Part shown: positions 47,248-58,486 of the stretch, piece after piece
Layout of the letters: each line of letters starts with the position of its first letter
Numbering within the stretch: position 1 is the first letter of the stretch
Origin: Phoronis australis
Taxonomy: Eukaryota > Animalia > Phoronida
Direction of reading: 5' to 3'
Length of the DNA: 64,000 bases
Assembly: GCA_002633005.1 (NCBI GenBank)
Contig: NMRA01000236.1
Coordinates: 1 to 64,000, forward strand
Position numbers and translations under genes: made by a program
The notes under the pieces: generated by a model
Told to the model about the DNA's origin: nothing
Seen by the model: the letters and a program-made list of their open reading frames with translations, nothing else
The model's database searches: none

Positions 47248-49835
47248 TTAAGAAACTGCGAGTTGCATAACTCGAGCGAAAAACTTAAAGTAGGCCCTCC
47301 AAATCAGTCTTATGTGAATCAAACCCTCAGTGGTACATGATTTCAAGTGGCTCACATGCATAAAAGTTGCACAGGCAAAAGACTTCTCATGGATCCTGTA
47401 AAGGTAGTCGGTTAATTTCGCAAGAATTAAATAGAGACCACGCCAACCCAATCCCAATTTCTGTTGAGCGATGGGTGGGTACCACGTATCAACAAAACTT
47501 CCAACCTCAATTTTTTTGAAAACTGTCTTAGAGTCATAACAAGTTTTCAGCCACCTAGAACTGGTAGGTTCTCCCTAGCATATTCAAATGAGTTCTGGAT
47601 AGATAGCCTAAGCCTCCCAACATATTGAACCAAGCTTGACTTAGAGGATTCCGAATCCGCCTTCACATGCCCAACCATAATATCAATAGGAAGTGACACG
47701 TCGCTTCCAAAACTCAACTTGAATGGAATGCAGTTAGTACTGTCAGGAACAGTAGATCGGTAAGCCATCATAACATATGGTAAATGGTAATCCCAATCCT
47801 TATGGTTATCATTCATAAACGTTTCGATTAAAACGCTCAATCACACCGTCACTCTTTGGATGATAGGGTGGGGTTCTAGTTTTACTAATTCGTAATTTCA
47901 AAGTTTACAGCATTCAGCCATAAGCTCACTCTTAATTCTTTACACTGATTGCTATGCGAATATTTGGGAACACCAAACCGACTAATAAACTGAATCATCA
48001 CAGTGTCTGCAACAATATCAGCAGTGTGATTAGGTATACTATAGGCTTCTCGACCCATTTACTAAAGTAATCACCAACAACTGTAATGTACTTATTGCTA
48101 TTTTCTGTTTCAGTGCGAGGACCCATGATGTCATTACGTTGCAAAGGAGCGCCAACATCACTAGGCTTGAGAGGGGCATAGCCTCGTCCTCGACCTGGTT
48201 TCCGATGTGTGCACATGTCGCACTTGCGACGCCACCAAGTGGCATCTCCTAATAACCCTGGCCAGTAACATCGTGACCTAACAGCTTTTAAAGTTCTCTC
48301 CCTACAAAGATGACCGGCCGTACGATTGTCATGCAAAACCTTCATGATTTCACTTCGCAGAACTTGCGGAACCACTACCACTAATCGATCCCCTGGACCA
48401 TCACTATCGACCCATCGTCGATGTAAAACGCCATCTCTAAATTCAAGAGAATTCCATTCACTCATGAAACGTTTGGATCATCTATCATAACCCCTACCGC
48501 CGATTTCGTCAACAGACGGTTTTTCTATCGAAGCTTCTTTTCTTAAAACAATAAGACCAATGGCCGAATCATGGAGTAGTAACTTGCGCAGTTCCGCTGA
48601 ACTCCAAGTTTGCAACCAAACACTAGAGTCACTGGATTCACTACTAACCTTACGTTTTCTACATTTTGGCATAGTCTCCTACACAAAACAACAATTTGCG
48701 CTTTGCTGGAAATCTTCACGCTAACGTCACCGGGTTTTCCTAGAAAAATCATTAGCTTTCCCGTGAAGGCTGCCCTTACGATGTTTAATTTCAAAATCAT
48801 AAGTGTCCAAAATAACAACCCGTCTCGCCACTATATCAGTAGGTTCCTTAAGATTTCTTAGCCATCTTAACGAACTATGATCTGATCTCAGCATAAATTT
48901 CCTATTCCATAGTAATGACGGAAATGTTTTACACACGTCACCATGGCCAATAATTGACGATATGTAGTACAATACCCCTGCTGAGATTTAGACAAAGTTC
49001 TGCTTGCGTACGCCAGAACTATCTCTTCACCATTCTGTACCTGAGACAAAACACCTGAGATGCCAAAGGCACTCGCGTCTTTGTCAACAATGAACTCACC
49101 ACCGTCACGATCGGGAGATCACAAGTTAGGATGATCAGGCAACGCATTCTTCAGCCTGTTAAAAGACACCTCACACGAGTCATCCCATACGAATTTTGCT
49201 TCGACATTGTCGTCAATGGGGCAGCGATCGTTAAAAAATCGGGAATGAACTTTCGATAGTACGAGGCAAACCCAAGAAAACTCCGTACATCGGTGAGACC
49301 TATTGGAGGAGACCAACACTCGACTGCTTTAACTTTTGCGGGGTCACAAACTATACCATCTGTTGAAGCTACAAGTCGTAACAAGATAACCTAGCCTTTA
49401 AACAATGCGCACTTTTTAGGTTTCAGCCTCAAACCAGCGTTATGTAAACGAATGAAAACTTGTTTTAAATCATCGAATGTCTTAGAATAACATAAGACAT
49501 TGTCTGCGTACAGTAAACACTTATTCTATAATAAACCCTCTAAAACATTATCGATCAGTCGCTTAAACCAGCCGACGGAGTTACAAAGACTAAACGGCAA
49601 GAGTTTGAATGCCCACTAACCACGACCAGGTGCGAATATGGAGTTTTCTCTCTTACCTCTTCCGCCGGCGGGAACTTGCCAGTAGCCACTAGCCAAGCCA
49701 AGTCAAGCGATGAGAAAAACGAATTACCACTCACCTGATCTAAACACATATTTATTCACGGGAGCGGAAATGCATGTTTGGTTGTAAAAGAATTCAATGC
49801 TCTAAAATCAATACAAACTCTCCTACTTTTCTCAC
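47248..49835 (-). mobile_element. Gypsy element B pol remnant (RT-RNase H-integrase)
   Basis: FFSSLDLA, LLYADN, VRSFLGFASYYRKFI, DASAFGISGVLSQ, SDHSSLRWL, H..AGH...YWPG...C..C, GDYFSKWVE, PYHPKSDG.IERF, DWDYHLP..MMAYRS, WRGLY; many frameshifts. Confidence 0.9.
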
Positions 49836-49841
49836 CCGACA

Positions 49842-50265
49842 GAGCCCCATTATGGCTCCTCGTGAAGGAAATTTTCAAGTCTGCCAGTCTCCATTAAGAA
49901 AACAGACAGTTGTTTCCACTTGTTGCCATGCACTATATGTTGTAGGCATGTAACAGTGTCATCCAGTAGGTTGCTCCTTAGCCTATAAAAAGCTGGACAA
50001 GACTCTACCAGGTGTTTAGGGGTTTCTACTTCAGTACCACACTCGGGACACGCTAGGCTCCCCAAATGCCCAGTAATGTGTCTGTGTTGGGCTAGGTTAC
50101 AGTGGCCCGTCAAAATTTGAATGAAGCGTCTTATGCCCAACATATCTAGACTCGGGTTTGATCACGTTGGGAAAATAAATTCTCCTCGTCTCTCTGCAGG
50201 AGATAAGTGATGCCCACTGGGCTGCTGACCCAGTTGCTTATACTCATCCGGCAGCATTCGCAAAG
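49842..50265 (-). mobile_element. LOA/R1-like LINE fragment, close copy of 29390-29830
   Basis: IQILTGHCNLAQHRHITGH...CPECGTEVETPKHLVESC...NFLHEEP, nearly identical to the C-terminus of ORF 29065-29823. Confidence 0.9.
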
Positions 50266-50344
50266 AAGAACAGACATCGCATTAGATTTGAAGATTCTTT
50301 GACTTGGGTGAGTAGGTCTTTGAGCGCCATACAAGCTTTAGCAT

Positions 50345-51846
50345 AGTGGGTGCCTGACGAGCTTACTTGATGCGTGCTTTAATCTCCTCTTCAGTTCCTC
50401 CACTCGTGCTAACGACACTTCCCAGGTAAGTAAGTTGTATGACGTTTTCAGTCTCCTCATCATCCAAGACAACATTATTTACTTGTATAAGCATCGTCCA
50501 AGTCTCGGTGATGATGGACAGTCCTACTCGTTCAGCAGTCTCTGACAGTGCCGCTGTCCTACTCAAGTTTTGAAAGCGATGTGACATAAGTCATCTGCGT
50601 ACTCCAGATTGTCTAATCGTTTTGTAAATGTTAATTGGATTGCCCCGAAAAAGCAACCCTGATAACCCGGTCCAGAATTACTAGAAACAGCAAAGGAAAG
50701 AGAACACCCTTGCCTGACTCCTGAATTAACAGAGAACCGTTGATTCAGCTGTCCTTTATGCAGCACCTGACATTTAAAATCTTCGTGAAGTCTTGTAACT
50801 AGTCTGACAATTTCCTCAGATATACCATAGTGCCTCAGAATCTTCCTGGTAATGCTTTGGTCAATACTATCAAAAGCCTTACGAAAGTCTAAAAAATGAA
50901 TGTAAAGCGAGGAATTCCACTTAATTGATTGTTCGATTATAATTCTTAGAGTTGCGATCTTGTCCGTACATGAGCACTCTTGGCGAAATTGTGCCTGTTC
51001 ATCACAAAGTTTGGTGTGCACCACGTCTTTAACTTAGCAGGATCCTAGTGAAGATTTTGGTAGGAATAGAGGAGAGTGATACCCTGCCAATTCGTAGTGT
51101 GTGAAAGGGTTCCTTTCTTCGGCAGCTTCACTAAAACTCCTTTATTCCAGTCCTCGGGTAGCGTTTTGTCTCTCCATATCTTGTTCAGCAGGTCATGTAG
51201 AATGGCCTCCATTACTAATAGCTTCTGGTGGTATATTGCCTAGTCCAGTGCCTTTCCTGTTTTCATAGCCTTAATGGCGCTTTGTATTTTAGTTCTGCGG
51301 ATCTCGTCGGTTGATATATCTAAACTGTCCACTGCTTCTTCTGGTCGATGGGCGCGGGATTGTCCAACACGCTAGAAAAATGGTCTCTCTAAAGTTCCAA
51401 CTGTTTCTCGAGATCAGTAATATGCGTTTTGCCTTCATCCTTGAGAGGCTTAGTTCAGTTGAAACGTCCCCGCTGATCAGCTTCATTGTAGAGTAAAGGG
51501 TCTTGATATCGCCTTTCACTGCAGCCTCTTCTGCTTTTGTTGCAATCTCCTCAAGGTGCTGACTTTTGTCCTTCCTGATGCACTGTTTAACTACCTTATA
51601 CTTCTGTTGAGCATTTTGGTTCTGCAGTCGTGTTTTTGCATGAAGTAATTTTTTCTTTATTAGGTGTGTCCGTTGTTCAGGATTGACAAGGTATCATCGG
51701 TCATCCTCGCCTTTTAGTTCTTCCTGGGCTCACTAAGTGGTCCTTTGCATGCTCTTTTTAGCCTTGTCCATATCTGTTGGATATTAGGATCTGGGGTGCT
51801 AAGTTTTAATGCCTCGAATTTGTTCCCAGGAGTAAGCCAGAATCCA
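50345..51846 (-). mobile_element. RTE-clade LINE reverse transcriptase remnant
   Basis: LPKKG.L, EQAQFR...SCTD.IATLRIIIEQS, FLDFRKAFDS, GVRQGC.LS, LEYADD, TYLGSVVS..GG.EEEIKARI. Confidence 0.88.
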
Positions 51847-52219
51847 GTTACGGTGCCTGAGACTTATCACTCTTATGAATGAAATATACGAAATGCAGTT
51901 TTAATGAAGCAAAACAACTAATTAGTGACCAAATCTATTTTCTTTATTCTTTTCATTACTTCATTTTTGTTGTGACAATGTGACTAAGGCAAATCATGCT
52001 TCTTGCTACTGCGGAAAATATCATGCAACACCAAAGGAATGAGAAAATTGGCATTTCTCAAGTAAAAGTAAAAAATATGGGTAATTTTTTTTCGATGCTA
52101 AGTGATAACCAATCTAACAACGGAGGGTTGCATTGTAGTCATATCAGTTGAGTGTGTTTGGCCCATTAATTCGCAAAATACACGCACATGCATTCCGTGC
52201 TTCAACAATGCGTGCTCTT

Positions 52220-52360
52220 TTACAAGCATCCCAGCACATCAGCTCTCAGGGTGGTCCAACCATGCCAGGACCAAGGAATAATTAAAAAATGGTCAGTTTC
52301 GATTGGAGGCGATATGGTGTTCACTTTTATGGTATCTGTATCGAAGTTTCCCTCGAACTC
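52220..52360 (-). CDS. Gene B exon 3 (terminal): C-terminal part of F5/8 type C domain, paralogue of gene A
   Basis: Acceptor gttacag|GAG at 52360; EFEGNFDTDTIKVNTISPPIETDHFLIIPWSWHGWTTLRADVLGCL* (TAA). 141 nt as in gene A; 35/46 aa identical. Confidence 0.92.
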   Translation of the reverse strand, partial: EFEGNFDTDTIKVNTISPPIETDHFLIIPWSWHGWTTLRADVLGCL

Positions 52361-52643
52361 CTGTAACAGATGATTGTCAAATGATATGATCGGCGAGAAT
52401 CCAATGAGCAAAATGCTGTTAATTTTTTTATTAATGTTTATTATGAAATCGTCAGAATACAATGAATATACATAACCCAGAAAGCGCCAAGAGGCATTAT
52501 ATCTGGGTTAAAGAAATACAATGAAATCAATATACAATTGTTATACACAAATACATGAATTAAAAAAACTAATGTTAACATTACAAAATCATATGGTTAC
52601 GTAGATGTTGCAATGCCGTCGGTTACCGACGAATAAGAATACA

Positions 52644-52878
52644 AAATAGTAAAACTAGTAAAACTAAAATGACGAGCGTCGGTACTAAAATATATTAGAA
52701 TATCCCCACGTATCGAGCGATGCGCATTTTCTCAAGGGTGTGCTACAGACTGCTGAATACACGTGGACAGATCTAAAATGAAATGGCACAGGGAACCACA
52801 TAGTGACATACAATAAACGTGAACAATATGAACACAACAGGAGATGGCACCTACCAGTGGGATAGGCCTACGTATGAC

Positions 52879-52920
<42 letters not shown>

Positions 52921-53395
52921 GAGAGAGAGAGGGAGAGAGAGAGGGAGAGGGAGAGGGGGAGACAGAAACCCTATGTCTCTGTTTAGGCCTCTGGCGTGAG
53001 TGTTAAACTTTGCGATGAATTCAGCCTCGCATTTTCTGCGTGCGTAAATGTCCGACAGTCCGCCTTTGACTACAAGTACATAGACGTCACTGGTAGTATG
53101 GCCTGGGAGATTGAAATGTTCCCCAATGGGGACCGCCCTATTATTGTGAAGATAAACATCTTATTAGATGTGATAAATGTCCCCACGCGTGGTATTTTTG
53201 GGAGACATGTAACTCGTTACGCACTAGAGTGAACGGCCATAGGCAGACGATCCTTCACAATAATAGATCTATCCACATGTATTCAGCAGTCTGTTGGACA
53301 CCATTGAGAAAGAGCGCATCGCTCGATACGTGGGGACATTTTAATATATTTTAGCACCGACGCTCGTCATTTTAGTTTTAATAGTTTTACTATTT
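52644..53395. mobile_element. MITE with ~135-bp TIRs and internal (GA)n
   Basis: AAATAGTAAAACTA.TAAAACTAAAATGACGAGCGTCGGT... inverted at both ends; absent from gene A intron 2. Confidence 0.85.
52880..52962. repeat. (GA)n microsatellite
   Basis: Run of GA dinucleotides degenerating to GGGAGA. Confidence 0.95.
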
Positions 53396-53809
53396 CATAT
53401 GACATGACTCAACCTCGGGCAATAGGTGAAATGGAGGTGGAGGAAGCGAAGACTTGTGTTTTTGCTATTCGCTTTTCAGTCCGTCATTTGTTTCTTTAAT
53501 CCACGGGTGAACGCATGGACTAAAGCATTCACTGAGCTCATTGGTTAACATTTGGATCATAAACTGAGCTCACAAGATTGCTGGCGATTTGATTCGTTGT
53601 TGTTAGAGGAAGGTAAAAACAGATGAATGGTAACAAGGCCGTTTGCGGTTTTCAAGACGTGTCAAGGGAATTCTATTTTGTTAGTACTAACATACTGAAC
53701 AAAAAATTCTTCATTCTTTTGGTTTATATACATTTCACCAAGTGGTGAAAAACCCTTCGGTGGAACTTCAGCTTTTGTTAAGACTGAGCTGAGTATTGGC
53801 TACACTAAA

Positions 53810-55449
53810 TCAGTTTGACCGTCTGGAAATTACACGTCTGTTTTATTGTTTGTCAAAAATAATCTCCACGGGAAAATGTTCAATCTCCTGAGGAATATTT
53901 ATGCTGAAGTGAAATCTTGTGTGAAAAAACAGAGCAAAATCGCACGCTATTTTGAATGTAAGAAATGTGTGAAACAATGGTGTATACTGAGTTCTTGGTT
54001 ATTCTCTGTATTTGTAAGCGGATTGGTGTCAGAGGTCAAAAAATGGAGGATGAGGTATCAAGTGTGATGACTGTGAATTAAGTTCGTCACTGTTTGTGGA
54101 CGATTTGGTGCTTGTGGCGGACACAGTCCCTGGACTTCAGAGAAAATTAAATGTACTGCACAATTACTGTGTGGAATGGAGTCTTTGTGTTAATCTTGAT
54201 AAGACAACTATTGTTGTCTTCAAGCGAGGTGGGACTCTGTCGACACAGGAAAAGTGATTCTACAATACGAAATTGGTAGAAACGAAATCGTATTACAAGT
54301 ATCTTGGTGTGACATTTTCTTCTAGATTAAAATGGGATGGAAATTGTAGAATATCAGCTCTTTAAGCTAGAAAAGCAATGAACACGTTAAAGCACGTTTA
54401 ACCAAAATGAAATGTAGCTCCCCACATGTATGTAGGAGACCAACTGAAGACGACGGTTGAGCACAGTTCCATCAAGTGTTTAAAGTAAGTTTTTAAATTG
54501 TTTGGTAGTATGGTAGTTCCTATATTGTTATATGGTGCCGAGATATGGCGTACAGTACATTCAAAAGACATAGAAAGTGCTCACAATAATTTCTGTAAAT
54601 GGGTTGCTGGTGTCCCAAAGAAAACAAGTAACGTTATGGCCAGAGGAGAATGCGGCAGGAATTTATTATCTGTGAAATACTTGTGCAGACCAATAATCTA
54701 CTGGACCAAACTTCTACAGATGAATAACCCCAGATACCCAAAGAAAAGTTACAGGATGCTACGGGAAGACTGTGAAAAAGGACGAGCAAATTGGGCCAGT
54801 GCAGTTAAAGACATTTTATTCAGATACGGGTGTGGGGAGGTAAGGATAGGTGGACCGGGTAACATCGATGTATTTATATCAGAACTTAAGCAAAGACTGT
54901 TGGATTGTGGTGCTCAAAAATGGAGGACATCAGTGCAGAGCTCTAGCAAGTGCTCATTTTACTCTATTATCAAAACAGATTTACCTAGTGAAAAGTATCT
55001 TTACTGTCTACCACCAACTCTACGTAGAATTCTAGCCAAATTCAGGTGATCTGGACATCAATTGAAAATAGAAACTGGTAGGCACCACGACATTCCAAAC
55101 GAAGATAGACTTTGCGAAATTTGCAACCGTTCAGAAATTGAAGACGAAATATACTTATTACTTAACTGCCCCATACTTAACGATATTAGAATGATTTTTT
55201 ACCAGAAATATTCCGACAGCGTACTGACATCGAAAACGCCAAACAAACCCTGGAAATCTTTTGAAAAGACTATCCTTATTTGTGTTAAAGGCTTATGGTA
55301 TTAAACAGGAAACTCTAGCATTATAATGTATACATATGTATGAAGGTATTGAATACCTGGTCATGAAATTGCCGCCTGTACCAAATACTGCAATGTAGTA
55401 TGTACAAAAATGAGCTTAGCTCCAAGTACAAATAAACAATCTCAATCTC
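53810..55449 (+). mobile_element. 5'-truncated RTE-X-like LINE in gene B intron 2
   Basis: VKQ.CILS, LFVDD, YKYLG, PILLYGAEIW, RGECGR, NWAS.VK.IL, KFR.SGH.LKIETGR...RLC..C...IEDE..LL.C; tail AATAAA(CAATCT)n. Confidence 0.85.
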
Positions 55450-57291
55450 TCCCTGTCCCTCCCTCCCTCTCTCCCTTCCCCCCTCTCTCTCTCACCCGAC
55501 ACCGGGCAATCCTCCCCAAAAGCCTTCTGCTCACGTCACTGTCCATTACCCTATACGTTGACCACCTCCAACCTTAAAAAATTGATTACTCGGCAGAATA
55601 TTTTATGAGTTGCAAATCAGCAACTAAGTATGAAGGTTTTACAAAATGTTTTTGAAATGATATCTCGACTCCGTAAATCTGAGAATTGTGATCGGTTTAT
55701 ACCAGACTCAATAAGTTTCAGGCGACATGAACGTTCTGACCCTGAAACCGAAAATTCAAGAAACTGACACGTTGACTAAACTTGTTTAAGCAAATTTTTA
55801 TAGTCATTTTCATTTCTGACACATGACAAAATGTTAATGACATCGTTTTGAAAGCTTTCAGATAATGTAAATGAAGAGGTTGTTTTCTACACACTGACAA
55901 GGACATAGTTTACAACCAGATTAAGTTTTCCACGAGCCCCAATCGGTATCCTGCCTCCCGTTCAGTAATACTAGGGCCTCGCTAAAAAGCAAGACTTCGC
56001 GAGATTGCGAGAGACGTTGCCGTGTAATTTAAGTGGTAACACTTGACGTTGGCTAGATATTACCTAGGTTCTAGCGTAGGCCCTAGCGTTACTGAACGCA
56101 CGCCTGGCTTCGCTAGTTCCGTAGGTGCGCCACATAGGGAGTTCCACAAAACTTCCGGTTGCTGAGCTTGAGGCAATTGAATTATAATTTTGAATAAATA
56201 AAATCAATAGGCAGCAGTGTGAGAGACTGATTCTGTGAGTTCTTGATGGATGTCACCACAATAGAAACTTTGACCAAAACGACTTTCTTTTATTTGTAGT
56301 AATTGATTCTTTTGCGCATGAGCTGGAGGCAACTTAAGGAGGCTCACATTCGCCCCAAAACGAGTCGGGTGCTCGAGACCCCCGGTCGGCCACGGAAGTC
56401 CATTTAGACTTAGTTCTGCGGGACGTGGTGACAGAAACTATTATATTCACTCCCATTGTCTTTGTATTTTTGTTTGTATTTGGCTCTTATTGGGCAAAAT
56501 GAAACTTAAAATCACACCTTTTCACGCTTGATGGGACCCATTTGAATTTGCGTTATAAATCGCGGCTTGACATGATACTTTTGTGGGGATTTAAACTGTA
56601 AAAAATGCTTATTGTATTAAAATTGAATACAAGGCTATTTTGAATTGTGGCTTCGATTCTTGATGTACAACACTGTGCTGTGAGTAAAAGAAGTAATAAA
56701 CTCCTTTCATAGGTAGCTCTCCAACCCCCACCCCTAAGGTAAATGTAGAGAATCTAGTAGCCACCTGATGAAAACACCACTCCGCGTCCCGCAGTATGAT
56801 CCACGAGTTTGATAAGCACTCATTCAATGAAGTGACTTCGTAACACAAAGTTTTCAGACGACTTCCATTCATGACAGCCAATCACGACAGATTTAGATCA
56901 GTCCCTTCGTTCCCGGTCACCTCCTTAGACCCCAAACTCCCTCCCCAACATCAATCCCCATCATATTTTGTCCTGATCGCCACCCATTCCCCGCAGCCGG
57001 TTTCTGCCTCCTAGTAACTTGTTCACTATTCTCAACAACCTAGATGAAAGTGAGAAAATTCTTAATCTACCTTGACGACAAAGGTGAGCATTTTCCGTTT
57101 CCAAACCGTATGTACGTTTGATAGTAGTATAACTATTGGTTGTGTTTTCTGACTCTCGCAAACGTTGGCTCCTGTTAAATGAATAAAACCCGGATGTTAG
57201 ACGTGACGTATAGGCCATGTTTTATGTAATTTTATGATAAATGCAGAACAAGAAGGAATGTGTTGTAGAATCCAAACAAGACAATATTTAC

Positions 57292-57667
57292 CTTCCACTG
57301 GCCACTTTCGTCACGCAGAAATTGCCAAACTCCATTTTTCTTGTACTCTACCCGATACGAAGTGACAAACTTCTCTTTTTGTGTCGAATCTCCTTTGGTC
57401 ACAATCCCTGTCACTTTTCTAACCTGACCAAGGTCAAACTCTAGAAATTGCGCATGGTCCAATACTTCCGGAGACCAGCCTCCGCTTTTCGATCCATTTC
57501 TAGTTCTAAATATACGAGCCCTACTCGGTCCCGTATTTAAGTTCAGAGAGCTCGACACCGTGATGCTTTGGTCAGGTATGGGTTGATTCCCCGAGACAAG
57601 CAGTTTGGTGCACGGGTGGGCATTGATGTCCTCAATTTGCNGAACTCTGCGACTGGACTCCTCGTGT
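57292..57667 (-). CDS. Gene B exon 2: F5/8 type C domain (exon 1 outside window)
   Basis: Acceptor ctctgtcag|A at 57667, donor AAG|gtaaat at 57292. 376 nt, same phases as gene A, open frame with one ambiguous base (N at 57641). About 55% aa identity to gene A exon 2. Confidence 0.92.
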
Positions 57668-58486
57668 CTGACAGAGACAAAGCTTAAGTACACAATTTCA
57701 ACCAATCAGACACGATCTGAAGGGCGAGGCCCATAGCTCCTAGCTTCTGACCATATTTGGCCATGTCCAAAGGACTCAACATCATAGGAAAATTCCATAC
57801 GTAATACACAGCTTGACCACTAGAGGGCGCATTTATCTTACTTACATAATCATGTCCAGGGCACTCCTGTTACACTACATTACATGTGGTCCGTAATACT
57901 AGACTTAGGTACGCGTATACAAAATCTCCATCTTAGATAAAGTGAACGACATCATCATTTATTAGTTTTCTTGTCTCGGTTCCATGAAACAGTCTGAAGT
58001 ATGAACTAAGTTAAGTTCTCTAAATTTTCTACGTATTTGTTGACTTGTAAAGACCCTGATTATCCTTTCTGGTGCTATTTTACTTTCATTACTAAAACAT
58101 TTTTTGGCTTTGATAAAAAGAGAGGGCAAAATTTAGGTTCAATTCTCAACATTATTGAACATAAGTAGGGACCTTTTCATTCAACGTACATAATATGAGG
58201 ACCAATGAACAAATGGTACTGTTGGTCAGAGAGGATGTCACGATGAAGATAATATGAAAGGAAAATATTACATTACAGATTTGACTGGCCGGGTGCATTG
58301 AAGACAGCCAGGTTTCATTTGGTCTTGTTCACATTTAGAAGGCGATTATGAACTTCTTATTTGCCCGAGCTTTTGATTGGTTGAATGACGGTATACGTGC
58401 TCTTGAGGTCTTGTGTAATAGTTCAAGCACACTGTGAACTATCAGCCAATAAGAGAGTGAATTGCACTAGAAGCTTGTCTGTAAAT

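Larger units (their letters stand above)
51847..58486. repeat. Segmental (tandem gene) duplication: colinear direct homology to 2139-17230
   Basis: Approximate matching blocks: 2139-2710/51847-52415, 6598-6937/55590-55930, 7920-9500/56108-57640, 13165-13480/57928-58260, 14588-14720/58294-58430, 17197-17230/58453-58486. Confidence 0.92.
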
